Shown: positions 1 to 11,439 of the stretch, piece by piece
Layout: each line of letters starts with the position of its first letter
How positions within the stretch are numbered: position 1 is the first letter of the stretch
Assembly (NCBI GenBank): GCA_000934665.2
Contig: JYFJ02001697.1
Location: forward strand, 52,694 to 72,693
DNA length: 20,000 nucleotides
DNA from: Catajapyx aquilonaris
Taxonomy: Eukaryota
Reading direction: 5' to 3'
The notes under the pieces: model-generated
Told to the model about the DNA's origin: nothing
The model's database searches: none
Seen by the model: the letters and a program-made list of their open reading frames with translations, nothing else
Made by a program: the position numbers and the translations under genes

Positions 1-329
1 CTGTGAATAAAAGCCAGACAATAACTGACCTTGCCGACCTTGCAACGTCATTTGCGAACTCTCATGGCCGCTATTTTCTCGTCGAAGAAAAAAAAAATTC
101 ATTCACGGCTATTTTTTCGACGCAAAAAAATATTTCTCAGTTACTTCATTCTTAAAAAGAGAGGCTCAGAAAGGCGTGAGAAAAAGTTGGAAATTCATTC
201 AGAGAATGATGCGCACAGTACTATGAAGGGAGTACAGTACCTGCATATAATATTACTGATTTTTAACCAGGTCAGAAGAGATCAAGTGACCTTTACTGTC
301 AATGCACTTTTGCAAGGTGGAGAACAGGT

Positions 330-351
330 GAGAGAGAGAGAGAGAGAGAGA
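330..351. repeat. (GA)11 microsatellite
   Basis: Direct reading of the sequence. Confidence 0.95.
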
Positions 352-1582
352 AAATAAATTTGCAAGTACCGCCAATCAACTTCGTCTACTTCGTATGTTG
401 GACAAAAGAACTGAATTCCGCTCATTAATAATATGAAAAGCATCACATGCTCATCACATGCCTGTAATTTCAGGCCCCCATTGTTATATCTATGGAGAGG
501 TCAATCTATATACGTTATGTGAAGTGTTGATTGGCATGAGTTGGAGCTACACCTGAAATAGTCATCGTTTAAATTGGACATTATTAAAAGTGAAGGCAAT
601 ACATTGAAAATAATTGTGAGATAAAGTACTTAGATGCAAGTGGATATTTTGCAATCGCTAGAGGAATATCGTGTTTACTAATTGTGTGAAAGGTCTCGTA
701 AATTAGTTATAAAAAAACTTTTAAAAAAATTGCATAAAGAGAGAATATATTCCCATAATATATTCTGCAAAGTTGTAAAACTGCAGGTGTGAGAGTACAT
801 TTTTATTATTATCATGAATGGGATTCCCTCAAGTTTTATTACCTTTATCTCAATATATACTTAGCACAATCCATTTCATATCTATCGTTTGCCCAACGCA
901 TTATTGACATTAAGTCTTTATATGTGACAAAACTTTCAAGATTTTTTTTTTCCCCCTGCGTATTTCCTGTGAGCAAATGACGTAAATTCAAGCCTGAAGT
1001 TCAAGGATGCGGACACTTTCTCCGAAAGTCACAGGAAGCGCCGTGAAGGTTAAGACAATTTACTGCACTTATTATTCCACACGTGTGTTGATCTCAATAT
1101 GCAATTGCTTCATAAAAAATATTATAGGATGTATATACAAACACAAAAAAACGGTAGCAAACAAAACCGGGTTTTGAAACAGTAAAGCAATCACCTTTTA
1201 GACTTTGAGGTCATTAGTCAGATGCCCTTCAATTCCCGTCTTGAAAAGATGAAGTTTAAACGAGCCTTGATTTTGTGATTAGTCAGTGTGACCATGGTAA
1301 GGGTCATGCATGTTTTGTACCCTGCAGCATCCCAGGTACTACATACACTCTTCTTATTCCTTTACACGAAGAGTCTTCTCCTTCGATTTTTAGAGGCCAT
1401 CGACACGGTCACGATCATTGATAGTGAATCAAAACACGTGAAAAGTGTGGGTGTGGTCAATATCAACGTATTTGGACATCATATAGAATTGGCTGGGCAT
1501 GACTTTGTCCCTATACGCGCCATCTGGTTGTGGCATACGTCCAAGGCGAGCTGGGCAGTGTTGCCAAATTTTGTTAGTAGGT

Positions 1583-1727
1583 AGCACACTTCGTCGGCCC
1601 GACGTCGGCAAATGACGCCGGGCCAATGTTGGGGAGCGATGTCGGGCCAATGTAAAACGGGTAACTTTTGTCACATCGGGCCGACGTTGGCATCCGATGT
1701 TGGGCCGATGTTGGCATACAGTGCTGA
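1583..1727. repeat. GC-rich element with repeated GGCC(G/A)AYGT(C/T)GG motifs, probable MITE remnant
   Basis: About 6 copies of the ggccgacgtcgg/ggccaatgttgg motif, bracketed by agcac...gtgct. Confidence 0.55.
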
Positions 1728-3448
1728 CCCGAACTACACTGTATACTGGCAGTTATTACTTCTTAGTAACAGGCCCTGCTTATTACTGGTCGTGTCTAAG
1801 CTAAGAGGCTTACACAATGCGATATATAAAAATGCAAAGTAATTAGACACCACACCCAGAGCACTTTGAAACGGGCACGTCCTAAAATAGAGTCGGAAAT
1901 TAGTGTCGTCATGCACCGTCATTACTCTGTTGCAATAGAATTTTTTGATTGGACCGAATCGAATCGATGTCAATATGGAATTCGGTCAATGCAAAACACA
2001 CATTGTTTTGTTGGACTCTGATCAACTGTACCAATGTTTATTGGCTCATCAGGGAACAGGTTAATTTAATATGCATTATTAAATTATGTTGGCGCCATTG
2101 AAGACCTTTTTCTTATTCCCTTGATTACAACTGATACGTGCCATAGAACATGCTTCCACAATGCACTTTATATCTCTGACTGATAAGTCCTCACATTGTA
2201 CGCCGCACCTTAAAACACTGTAAATAAGGAAAAACAAATATTCATTTTAAACATTTATGAGGTCAGCTCTTGCGTCATACACGTTATTATATTTAAATAT
2301 TGTGCTAACTGGACTGCATCACATTATGTGCATCAGGTGCTTGCACTTCTCTTCTTGAACCGTGACTTGTTACCTTTTTTTAAGTAATGGTCTACTTACG
2401 TAGTTTGGTGCGAAGGCTTCATGAGTGTTGCAGCATTTCAGGATGATTCTGATAGCTGACTAATTATTATCGATGATGGGACGTGTTTTGGTCATTAACA
2501 AACGATTGGCCTTCGCGTGAGGAGATTGAGCAATTATTGGAGGGGGTCAATGATACAGAAAATAACAACTACCTGTACTGTTACTTTGTGCAATTTATAA
2601 TTTTATTTTTTTGTCAAAAAATGGTAAGCATTGACATAGTAATGAATTTGCCCTCATTACAAGCGCATGTTTGAAGCCAATTACATTTTTTTCTTCTCAA
2701 AACCAAGCATTACGTGTACAACAATCAGAGCCTGAAATGACCAGTAAGTCTAATTGCTTCTAGTCCCATCAAAAAAAAGGGCACGCGATGACACACTTGT
2801 CTCCAGAACAATAAAACAATTTTGTGTATACATATGCATATTTGTGAAAAATTTTGCGGAATTTTTGCAGCGGAATTTTCATGCTCCAGTAACCAAAACA
2901 AGTTCCACGCGTTTGGTTTTTATTTTGTCAAAATTGCTATCATTTACAAACATGTACATATAAACCACAGGATTTAACGGCAATTTTTTTTTGGTAAGCT
3001 AGGATGTGCTGACCTCCAGTAAAATGACCTAATTAAAAAAACCGCGATTTATTCGGATGATAACACAAAAAAACATGTCATAATGTTAAAAAATGTAGGG
3101 CGGAACGGGTTTTAACCATTGAGTTAAAAAAATTTTAAAAACGACAATAACAGCTAATAAAAATATCTTCGCAAGATCGTGACTTTTGTAAAGTAGGTGA
3201 TGCGGCAAGTTACATTCACTTTTACTGCAAGTGCGATCTGTTAAAACCCCGTTTACTTAACGGTTTTTGTAGTTTTTTTTGCGAAAAGTGAAGGGGGTTG
3301 TGTTTCTCCAAAAAAAGTAACAGATGTCACATACGCATAAACCGTTCTTTTGGGTGTAAAAACTCCGAGTAAATACTGTACTTTCACCAACTTGAGGTTG
3401 GTGCACCAAATTGTTCTTGAATAAATTATTTGCCATTAACTTGGCGAG

Positions 3449-4010
3449 TTAAAGGCACGCGTTCACACGGACGTTGTTGTCGTTGGTCGTTGGTCGTTGG
3501 ATCTCAAACTTGGCAACGGTGCTTGTGTGAATCTAAGGATCATTCACATATGATTTTTTTTTACGAGCGCAACCGAGTGCGCACCACAGTTCACGCAACG
3601 TGCACGGTTGGAATTATCAGTGATATTTTTATAAGCTCAGTATATTGGATGTGATGTGCTTCACTTATTTCCAACGCTACGTTTGGGTGGGCGAAGTTAC
3701 GTTACAGAGGCTCTGGAACGAACCTCATTTTTATAAAGAGCATAACAGTGCGCAACACAGTTCGCGCAAACTGTTGAGGGGGTAACAGTATGGCCGACTT
3801 TTGCAATGTTGCCAAGGCTCTGGAACGAACATTAGAAGCTACCTGAGGAGTAACTTTGGCAACGTTGTCGGAGCAATGGACTTGCGCGAGTGTGGGTGCG
3901 CACTCGTCTGCGTTCGTAAATAAATTCGTTTATACAAAATGTGTATTTGCCCCCCCTGGATAGTAACTCTGGCAACGTTGTGGAGCTGCGCGAATGTGGG
4001 TGCGCACTAG
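3449..4010. mobile_element. Composite inverted/direct-repeat element(s), MITE-like, just 3' of the minus-strand gene
   Basis: 3560..3598 versus 3882..3920 is an inverted repeat (30/39 ungapped). Direct repeats include ggctctggaacgaac (about 3709, 3816), gtgcgca.cacagttc.cgcaa (about 3577, 3748) and gtaact.tggcaacgttgt (about 3850, 3963). A ttcacac/gtgtgaa pair (3462, 3525) flanks (GTCGTTG)3. Confidence 0.6.
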
Positions 4011-4077
4011 GTTTCGCTAGTAACAAAACTTATCTGTAGACAATGTGAATGGTCCTGTTGGCATTTGTTGAGCAAAA

Positions 4078-5845
4078 TCATTTCTGCGCTCCTATGTTTT
4101 CAGAGAAGCTCTTGAGGTATGCTTCGAATTCTTCCATGACCGCGTCGGCTTGGTCATTTCCTTTGGACGTCGTTTCTTGGTATTCGGCACCGGGTTCGCT
4201 CAGGTACGTCGCGTCTCCGTACGACTCCTGACTCGTTTCAGGTCCGCTGACGTACACTTTATCATAGTCGGACTTCAGAAGTGCTTCGATGTCCAAGTTG
4301 GTCGGATCCTCCGTGGTCGTCTGCTTCGTCGGGGTCGTCGGAGTGTACGTCCAGAGTCGGTCGGACGCGGCATGGTTGCTGGTACGTTTGTCCTTGCTGT
4401 CGTACATGGACGAGTAGGACGGACCGCGGTTTCGGACGATGTTCTTGTACGTTGCGGATGGTGGTACGAACTTGCGGAACTTGTGTCGGTTTCGGAGGAA
4501 GTTTGGTCTGGCTGTGGTTGTGGTGGTCGGTATCGGAGATTCGACGTTTGTGTATTCGGTAGATGTCTCGATGCTGTATGTACCGTCTTGCGTCATGGTT
4601 GGGTCCATATGGGTCGAGGTCATGATAGGTCCTTCAGTGGATGTAGTGTATATCTCGACTCTTTCAGGTGTTAACGACGTGTACAGTTCCTCAGCTGGGG
4701 ACGTAGGCGACGGGAACACGTACGTCGTTGGCGGTGTGTTGGTCGGGCGTGTAGTGTCATACACTTTGATCACATGTAAGTTGTTCGGTCGTCGTCCGAT
4801 GTTTCGAGGTAGAGGCTTCGGTGCTGTGTTGTACGTCGTCGGTTGCGTCGGTGCAGGTGCCGGAAGACGTTTCTGTTGTCGACGTATCGGCTTGTTGTAA
4901 TCGTAGTTGTCGGTGCTGGACCTGTACGTGTTGCTGTAATACTGTTGGTACGGTTGTGCAGGTGCGTAATGGCTTGACTTCGGAGGGTCGGAGAACACTG
5001 TCTTGTGCGGAGGAGGCTCGGTGTACATGGCCTTTGGATTGCCGCCGAAATGATGTGTGTTCATACCGTCGTTGTAGTGATGCATTGTCTTGCTGTCTGT
5101 GTAATGGTGTACCGTTTTGGCCGAACTTGGTACGCTGTCGGGATAACGGTGCTGCACTGTCTTGGTCGGGCTTGGCATACTGTCGTAGTGATGCACCATC
5201 TTGGTCTGGCTTGGAATACTGTCGTAGTGATGCATTGTCTTGGTCTGACTGGGCATACTGTCGTAGTGATGCATTGTCTTGGTCGGACTGGGCATACTGT
5301 CGTAGTGATGCACGGTTTTGGTCGTACCGGGTTCGCCGTACGGATGTATCGAGTACTGGGCCATCGGCTTCGGCATGTCGCTGTAGTGGTGCATTGTCTT
5401 GATCGGATTTTCAGCATACACAGTCGGCGTGGGCCTGTGCAACGCATCGTTGTAATGATGCACCACCTTCGCAGGTACACGCACGCTCTCTGCGAAGTGC
5501 GGCATTGTCTTCGACTGTGTGGCCACCGAGTCCGTGTACGACGACGACATTGCCGAATCGTGCAGCATATCGGCGCTGGGTCTGAAGCTGGTCTTCATCC
5601 CGTACAAGTTCATGTTGGTGGAGTACGGAGATGTGTAGTACGCCGACGATGTTGAGGTCTGTACCGGTGAATGTGTCGGTCCTGGTGGCGGCGGCGGTGG
5701 AGGCGGAGGTGGCGGTAACGACGGAGGACGTCGACCATGCCTGTAGTTCCGATGCTGTCTTGCATACTCAGGGTACGGCCCGTCGTGAAAGTGCTTGTGA
5801 GGCGGAAACGACCTGTACGGCCTTACGTCATTAGGCGACGCGTAC
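4078..5845 (-). CDS. Last coding exon of the His/Tyr-rich secreted protein (polyPro, HHY repeats, Thr-rich region, acidic C-terminus)
   Basis: The 511-aa ORF 4078..5613 extends upstream in frame without a stop (YASPNDVRPYRSFPPHKHFHDGPY...PPPPPPPPPG...) to a CAG acceptor at 5848..5846. Confidence 0.9.
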
Positions 5846-8800
5846 CTGTAATAAAATTATTAAAAAAATTATTTAAAATATTAAACGCAATTAATACGGG
5901 GTCGTATACCTGTACGAGGTCTTGTGACTTCTGGAATGCGAGTCGTAGTACCCTCCTGGCTCGTACGGCTGTAGGTCATAATCGTTGTATGACTCTGAAT
6001 GGTGCGGATCACTATTGAACTCCCTGTGGTGATAATGGCCGTGATGGTGACTATGCGGATGGTTGTGGAAGTGACCGTGACCGTGATGGTGATCGTCATA
6101 GTGGTGCACGTGGTCGTGGTGTCCGTGCGGTTCTTCGTGATAGTAGTGGTGGTAGTGATGGTGCGACTCTTGGATCACCCTCTGGGGCGGTTGAGGCTTG
6201 CGTCGTCGACGTCTCTTCGGACGCCTCACCCTGAATGTCCTCCTGCCCGTGGGCGGCCCTCGAGGTCGACGGCCCCTGGGCCTGCGAGGCCTGATTGGCA
6301 GCATACGTCGAAGCATCACTGTCGAGTCCAACGTGTCGTTGATGGCGGTTGGAGATGGCGTCGTTGTGGCGGGTGACGCTTCGTAGGTGGCGTTGGTGTC
6401 GTTGGACGGCCATGCTTCGACCTCTGGTGGTTCGGTGGTGGTGAAGAAGATGGTGGGTGGTGTCAGCTCTTCGGTTGCTGACGTGTGCAGTACTTGGAGC
6501 GCGAACAATACCGCTCCCTGTACAAACAAAAACCGGTTTAATTAATTGACAGCAACAAAGCGTTAATAAGAGAGAAAGTTGGTCTTGAAATGTCGCCCAA
6601 ATTTTATGTACCGTGCTAATCATTAAATCTTGGTGGCGCCATCGGCAAAAAAGCGAATCGAAGTGATGAATTGCAGAGACACAATAACGTTCGTGGCGGC
6701 GCAAGCCAACGAACGTTATTGTGGTTCTGTCAAACCAATACATCGCTTCGATTCGCCCTTTTGCCGCTGTCGGCTTGTGGCGCCACCAGGACGTACGGCA
6801 CTGTACTTTACATCTTCAGTACGAGCAGAATTTACTAATATGACCCATTTTTTCTTCTTCATAAAAGTCATTGCAATGTCGCTTCTCTATAAATCCCATA
6901 TAAATCCTCCGAAAAGCCTAATTGCACCAGAAAGCTTATAAAATCCGGATGATAGTTACTAGGGAAAATATTGCCCATAAAAGTGCGGTTGTATAGTCTA
7001 GATTTGAAAATCTGATAGCGCAATAAGTAAGTCGCTATGAAGGATCTTGCTCATTCCCGCAAACCGTGAAGCATATAGCGTTCATCAAAAATCATAGGCG
7101 GTAAGCGTGATGTGTGAACATAGACCAATTTTTTGTTTAAAATTGCGAATTAGGTTTTTTTTGTTGCTACTCATAACAAATCGTTATGTGTACAATATTT
7201 AGTTCATACCAAAAATTCTTTAAAAATGTACCTGATGATGTCGGATTAATTAATTTTTTTTGCTACAGAAGTACACCCATCATTGTTCATTTTCGTTTAT
7301 AGGAGTTCTAGTCGAAGTTTCCACTTTTACTATCGATTGTAATACCGCATTTGCCCTACTAACAGTACAGTACAAATTACGCTAATTGACCTTCTTAATT
7401 CGGAATTGGTCTAATCGGAGAGAAAAAGTCTTCCTCCTCTCTCCTCTTTGTGTACTAATCAGATGTGCACTTTCGCCATTACGCACATTGTAGAGTTTGA
7501 CCTTATTGTTTTGTTCATTACTGACAATCTTGTAAAACTTTGTCACTGCGATACTTGTTCTCCCTGTTGCTAGACACCAGAATAATTTATAAGAAAGTAT
7601 AGAAAACTGAAGGATGGGCATGAAACCATCATATTCGACTTTAAGCTTGAATTATGCTTTTTATTAGTAGTCTATAAGGATATCCAGTACGTCATGAAAC
7701 ATCATCTATGAAGTAGTGGGTCATGAATTGTATATGTGACATGAATCAAACATATTTTGCTCAATGTAATTTGGGACATCTTGCAACTTTATTATCACTT
7801 AGGGTTGTTTTTTTGGTCTGTTTAATTGAAAATATGGATACGACGGATTACTGTGACATTACCTGCCTCACAAAATACAGCTGTTGGATCTTTATCAAGT
7901 AGACCATCGCAGGCTTACAGAACTAAGTACGCAGATGCCCTACAACTGGAAGTTAAACTGTCGGACAACCATTATTATCTGAAAAATGTCAAGTCCTTGA
8001 AATTCACCGCCGACATCTGTGCAATATTCTAAGTGTAATTTTGCAATAATAATTTTCAGAACTAACTGAACTTCACTTATCCACTATCCTGTATGCTGAA
8101 GCAGGATCATAAATGGCTAATAATTTGTTTGCATTCTTTCCATGGAACAATTTGTTCGTATCAACACAGGTTCCCACAGAAATCGTGCTGGAGGTTAACT
8201 GGCGAACGAGGATTTATCCTTGATATTCATTAATGACAGCAATAAACTATGTCGCCAACAGTCATAAATAAATGCCAGTCGTCAATCTACCTTCAATGGT
8301 GCACAATCATATACGATCAATTGTGGAACATGTGAGCAAAAGACGGGAAATACACCTGATATGAAACTGAGCCAATAATGAAAATGTGATTTCAGAAAAA
8401 AAGGTATATCTCCGCCTAAAGAAAGACATTGGGGACACCCCTGACCTAAAGAAAAGCAGAGGGATGTGAAGTTCACATGAAGGATATAATAATGTCCCAT
8501 ATTTAAGAAATACAGTATTAGTTATAATTATGCACAAATTTACAATAAAAAGCAGTAGCTTCATTTAATTTCGGAATTAATTTGCCCTTATTTGCACGCC
8601 TCTTGACTATTATCCACGTTGAGATGTGCGACTATATGCAACGCATAACTGAATTGCATATTAATATTTTTGTCACTTTGCTTAGATACTCGACAATTTG
8701 CAATTGGTACAAATGGACCTGCCAAAAGTGAAGTGTGTGTCTATTACCTGGTATTCTAAAGTGTGTTTACTAATAATTCGCACATTTCTAGAGAGACTTC

Positions 8801-9078
8801 CTGGACATTATGGGATCTTTTTTTTTACAGAAATAAAAAAATTCCTCTAGAAATCATTACTTTTAACCATAATCAAATATACGGGCTTTAAAAAAAATAA
8901 AATTACATTGTTGCAATGTAAAAGTCAGCTTTGATACCATTCAATATGATACCAACTGTACATTTTTTCCCAAGTTAATATCTTGCTACTTAGCCTATAC
9001 ACTAATGTTAATTAATAAATTAAGTCACTTGAAAATCCTTACCCAGAGGGCTGGGAACAAGAACGAGTCGATCCTCAT
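4078..9078 (-). CDS. Spliced gene, complement(join 9043..9078, 5910..6517, 4078..5845), encoding an 803-aa secreted low-complexity His/Tyr/Pro/Thr-rich protein (putative cuticle/extracellular structural protein)
   Basis: Exon lengths 36+608+1768=2412 nt give one open frame to TGA at 4078. Intron 1 (9042..6518) is TGG|GTAAGG ... TTTGTACAG|GGA, phase 0. Intron 2 (5909..5846, 64 bp, AT-rich) is AG|GTATAC ... TTTTATTACAG|G, phase 2. The joined N-terminus MRIDSFLFPALWGAVLFALQVLHTSA-TEE is a typical signal peptide. Exons are GC-richer than the flanks. Confidence 0.8.
5161..5316. repeat. Coding minisatellite, 4 x 39 bp (13-aa unit TKT[MV]HHYDS[MI]PS[PQ])
   Basis: Units start at 5161, 5200, 5239 and 5278 (cttggtc..cttgg/ctgggcatactgtcgtagtgatgca...). 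Degenerate copies extend over about 5060..5520. Confidence 0.95.
5910..6517 (-). CDS. Middle coding exon: end of signal peptide, Thr-rich block, Arg-rich block, His tract
   Basis: ORF 5891..6529 is bounded by the acceptor TTGTTTGTACAG (CAG at 6520..6518) and the donor AG|GTATAC (5910|5909). Phases match both neighbouring exons. Confidence 0.88.
6611..6803. mobile_element. Palindromic MITE-like non-autonomous DNA transposon (Tc1/mariner-like ends) in intron 1
   Basis: Nested inverted repeats: tggtggcgcca/tggcgccacca, cggcaaaaaagcgaatcgaagtgatg/catcgcttcgattcgcccttttgccg and cacaataacgttcg/cgaacgttattgtg. Ends are TA|CCGTGC ... GCACTG|TA. Confidence 0.7.
9043..9078 (-). CDS. First coding exon (MRIDSFLFPALW), first half of the signal peptide
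   Basis: ATG at 9078, 12 codons, then the strong donor TGG|GTAAGG in phase 0. It completes a hydrophobic signal peptide with the next exon and lies about 190 bp downstream of a TATA box. Confidence 0.7.
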
Positions 9079-9234
9079 TCTCCACCTAAAACGTCACATG
9101 TGTAGTCTGCACAACAACTGTCCAACACTGGCCCAAAAATCCGTCCAAAAAACCAAACAAAAAAAAAATGTCACACTACACATCCAACATGTTTGTTTCC
9201 CCCCAATCTCCTTCCCACAGTGTCCACGAGCAAT

Positions 9235-9390
9235 AAATGAAGGCCTCAGCACACTTGTCACTCGCCTTATATACTGGGCACGTGAGTGGAACTTCTTGCA
9301 TTTTTGCTTCCCCAATGGAAAGAAACTCTTTTCTTGACTTCTCCCCGCCCCCGCCTCTCCCCACTTGGTCTCTTCTCTCTCTCTCTCCCC
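9235..9390 (-). promoter_or_regulatory. Putative core promoter of the His/Tyr-rich gene
   Basis: On the minus strand, TATATAAG is at 9273..9266 and the arthropod Inr-like TCATTT at 9240..9235, with spacing slightly longer than canonical. Also an E-box CACGTG at 9279..9284, CCAAT at 9312..9316, GC box CCCCGCCCC at about 9343..9352 and a GA/CT tract at about 9368..9388. Confidence 0.5.
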
Positions 9391-9855
9391 CAATCCCCTC
9401 GAGGGGAATTGGGCTCTGAAAACAAGAGCACTTTTTACGGCCAGAGGAAACCCACCCATCCCCCCCTTCTCTTACCTTTGCTGACTTCTTCTTCCCCCAC
9501 CTACCCATCCCTCCCAGTCACCCCCGGACATGAGGGTTCTTTTTGGGCACCCATGACGTAAAGGGGGGGTGCAAGGGTCACACTCTGATACACATGATCC
9601 GGAAAGGTTGCAAAGCATAACCAACAATGAGACTTCTTGTCTGCTGCACTAGGGAAAAAGAAGGGGTGTAATTGAGTATGGGTTGTCCAGGAGGAGGGTG
9701 TCGATTAATCAAAGTTTTTTTTATACAGTGCATCGTACATGATGAAGTCTGGCGACAGTGAATTGGTTCTAATTTTAATAGAAATTATTGTTAAGCACCA
9801 AACGTCACTGTCAGCATCAAGGTGAAGATAGTAACAAGCAACTGTGGGAAATAAC

Positions 9856-10186
9856 TTGTTCAAAATACATATTGCAATATAATTATTGCTTGTTAGTTTA
9901 TTTAGTTATTTAATTAATAAATAAAAAATTAAGAAAGTTAAATAACTAAACAGAAATTAATAAACAGGAAAATAAATATATAAATAAAACTCATAAACAA
10001 GCAATTGTGACACTTGTTCAATGCTTATGAATGTATTTATTTATTCACTTAAATAAATAACTAAACAGAAATAAATAAATTTACTTAAATAACTAACTAA
10101 ACAGAAATAAATAAATTTACTTAATGAATAAATAAATAAATGAAGAGAACTAAATAACAAGCAATTTTGACAAGTATTTTGAACAA
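9856..10186. repeat. AT-rich inverted-repeat element with an internal 36-bp tandem duplication
   Basis: ttgttcaaaatac (9856..9868) pairs with gtattttgaacaa (10174..10186), and attgcttgtta with taacaagcaat. The 36-bp unit occurs twice, at 10051..10086 and 10087..10122. Confidence 0.6.
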
Positions 10187-11439
10187 AATATTCGTATTTT
10201 GCACTGAAGCTATGAATTTTAATTACAGCAGCAGAATTATATAGGGTCAGTATAAAATGAATGTACAAACCAAATAATTAAGGAGCGATAAAGGGACGAT
10301 CATTAGGCTGCAGATTTGAAATAATTGGCGAGCATTTTAAAGTCCGATAACGGAACTTGCCTTTCGTAATAATATTAATTTTACGTCTAGAAAGCGACAA
10401 ACGTAATTTGTGTAATTGTATCGGAAAGGTGAACGCTTAGCGTATTACAATAACGTACAATTTACTCTCATGTCAATGATAAAAAATTTGACAACATGAT
10501 TTAACTAATAAGCATGGGTATGACTTTAACGGCACATGACATAGAAGAAATTGAGGATAAGAAACGTGTCACTCTTTTATTATTACAAAATTGCTCCTTT
10601 TTTCTCTCTCTCTCTTAATGTGCAAGCGTGCAGATATAATGGGACTCATCAGAAAAAGCAGAAAAAATTCCCCCCAAAATGTGCGTGAATAACAGTTTTA
10701 TATCTCAAATCGCATAGAAAGTGTTCCGTTTCATTTCTTATTGTTTTATAGTTTTGCTTTATTCCCACAACATCCGTTTCGTAGTTTTTTTTCCAATTGA
10801 TGCGTGATGGACCGGTTGCGGTTTTTGGCAAGCCAATATAACTGCAAATTGCCGAGAAAACTGATGATAATGGACAGTGGTACACGTGCAGAATTTCTCT
10901 TCGCACAATCAATACACATCTGGTCGCAAAGTCACGAGGTCTTCCGGAGAGAAATTTGCATGCGAAAGTTTTTATGGATGTCATCTTCTATCTGGGTGGA
11001 GAGAGATTAAGTCGGTGACAAGATATCAAGGTGAAATTTGATGGACTGGTTGTGGTTTAGCAAAAGAAAAAAAATATATATATGGCCAAAGGTTCTTTCT
11101 TGTGTGGGTGTGTATTATTGCGGTAGGTAATTGCCTTTTCACGGTGGTTTAATTTTTGCATGGTGTTAAGTGTTCGGCACATGTGTCACTTGCAGGAGAA
11201 GGAGTCCAACGTTATGTAGGTCTGCGTGCTTTTTAATATGCAAAACTCTCGCAAAAAAAGCACCTTATACTTTCGTGTCGTAAATGACACCATTCGTCAT
11301 CGCACAATAACATGCACGTTGTGAGTATCATTTTAATTGCTGTTCCACAATTTCGTACAATTTTTAAAAGACATTAGTTTTTCTCTAATTTTTGCACTGT
11401 CTGTAAAGCACATGAGGGCCCTAAAGAACTTGTGTAAGT

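Noticed and set aside
31..357. 108-aa ORF at the window start
   Set aside because: It has a non-ATG start and its composition is driven by poly-A runs and the GA microsatellite.
5161..5316. Possible CRISPR-like array
   Set aside because: It is a contiguous 39-bp in-frame coding tandem repeat with no unique spacers, in a eukaryotic context with no cas genes.
4049..6386. Many long plus-strand and alternative-frame ORFs (e.g. 4150..4674, 4821..5402, 5005..5655, 5061..5480, 5999..6376)
   Set aside because: These are shadows of the GC-rich, repetitive minus-strand CDS, with no independent splice or start signals.
6960..7360. Weak terminal similarity (taggg.aaat...gcgg / ccgcatttgcccta) suggesting a transposon remnant
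   Set aside because: The match is too short and interrupted to support a call.
9005..9561. Overlapping 60-120-aa ORFs
   Set aside because: They come from low-complexity C/T-rich promoter-like sequence and have no protein-like features. Only the 36-nt exon is supported.
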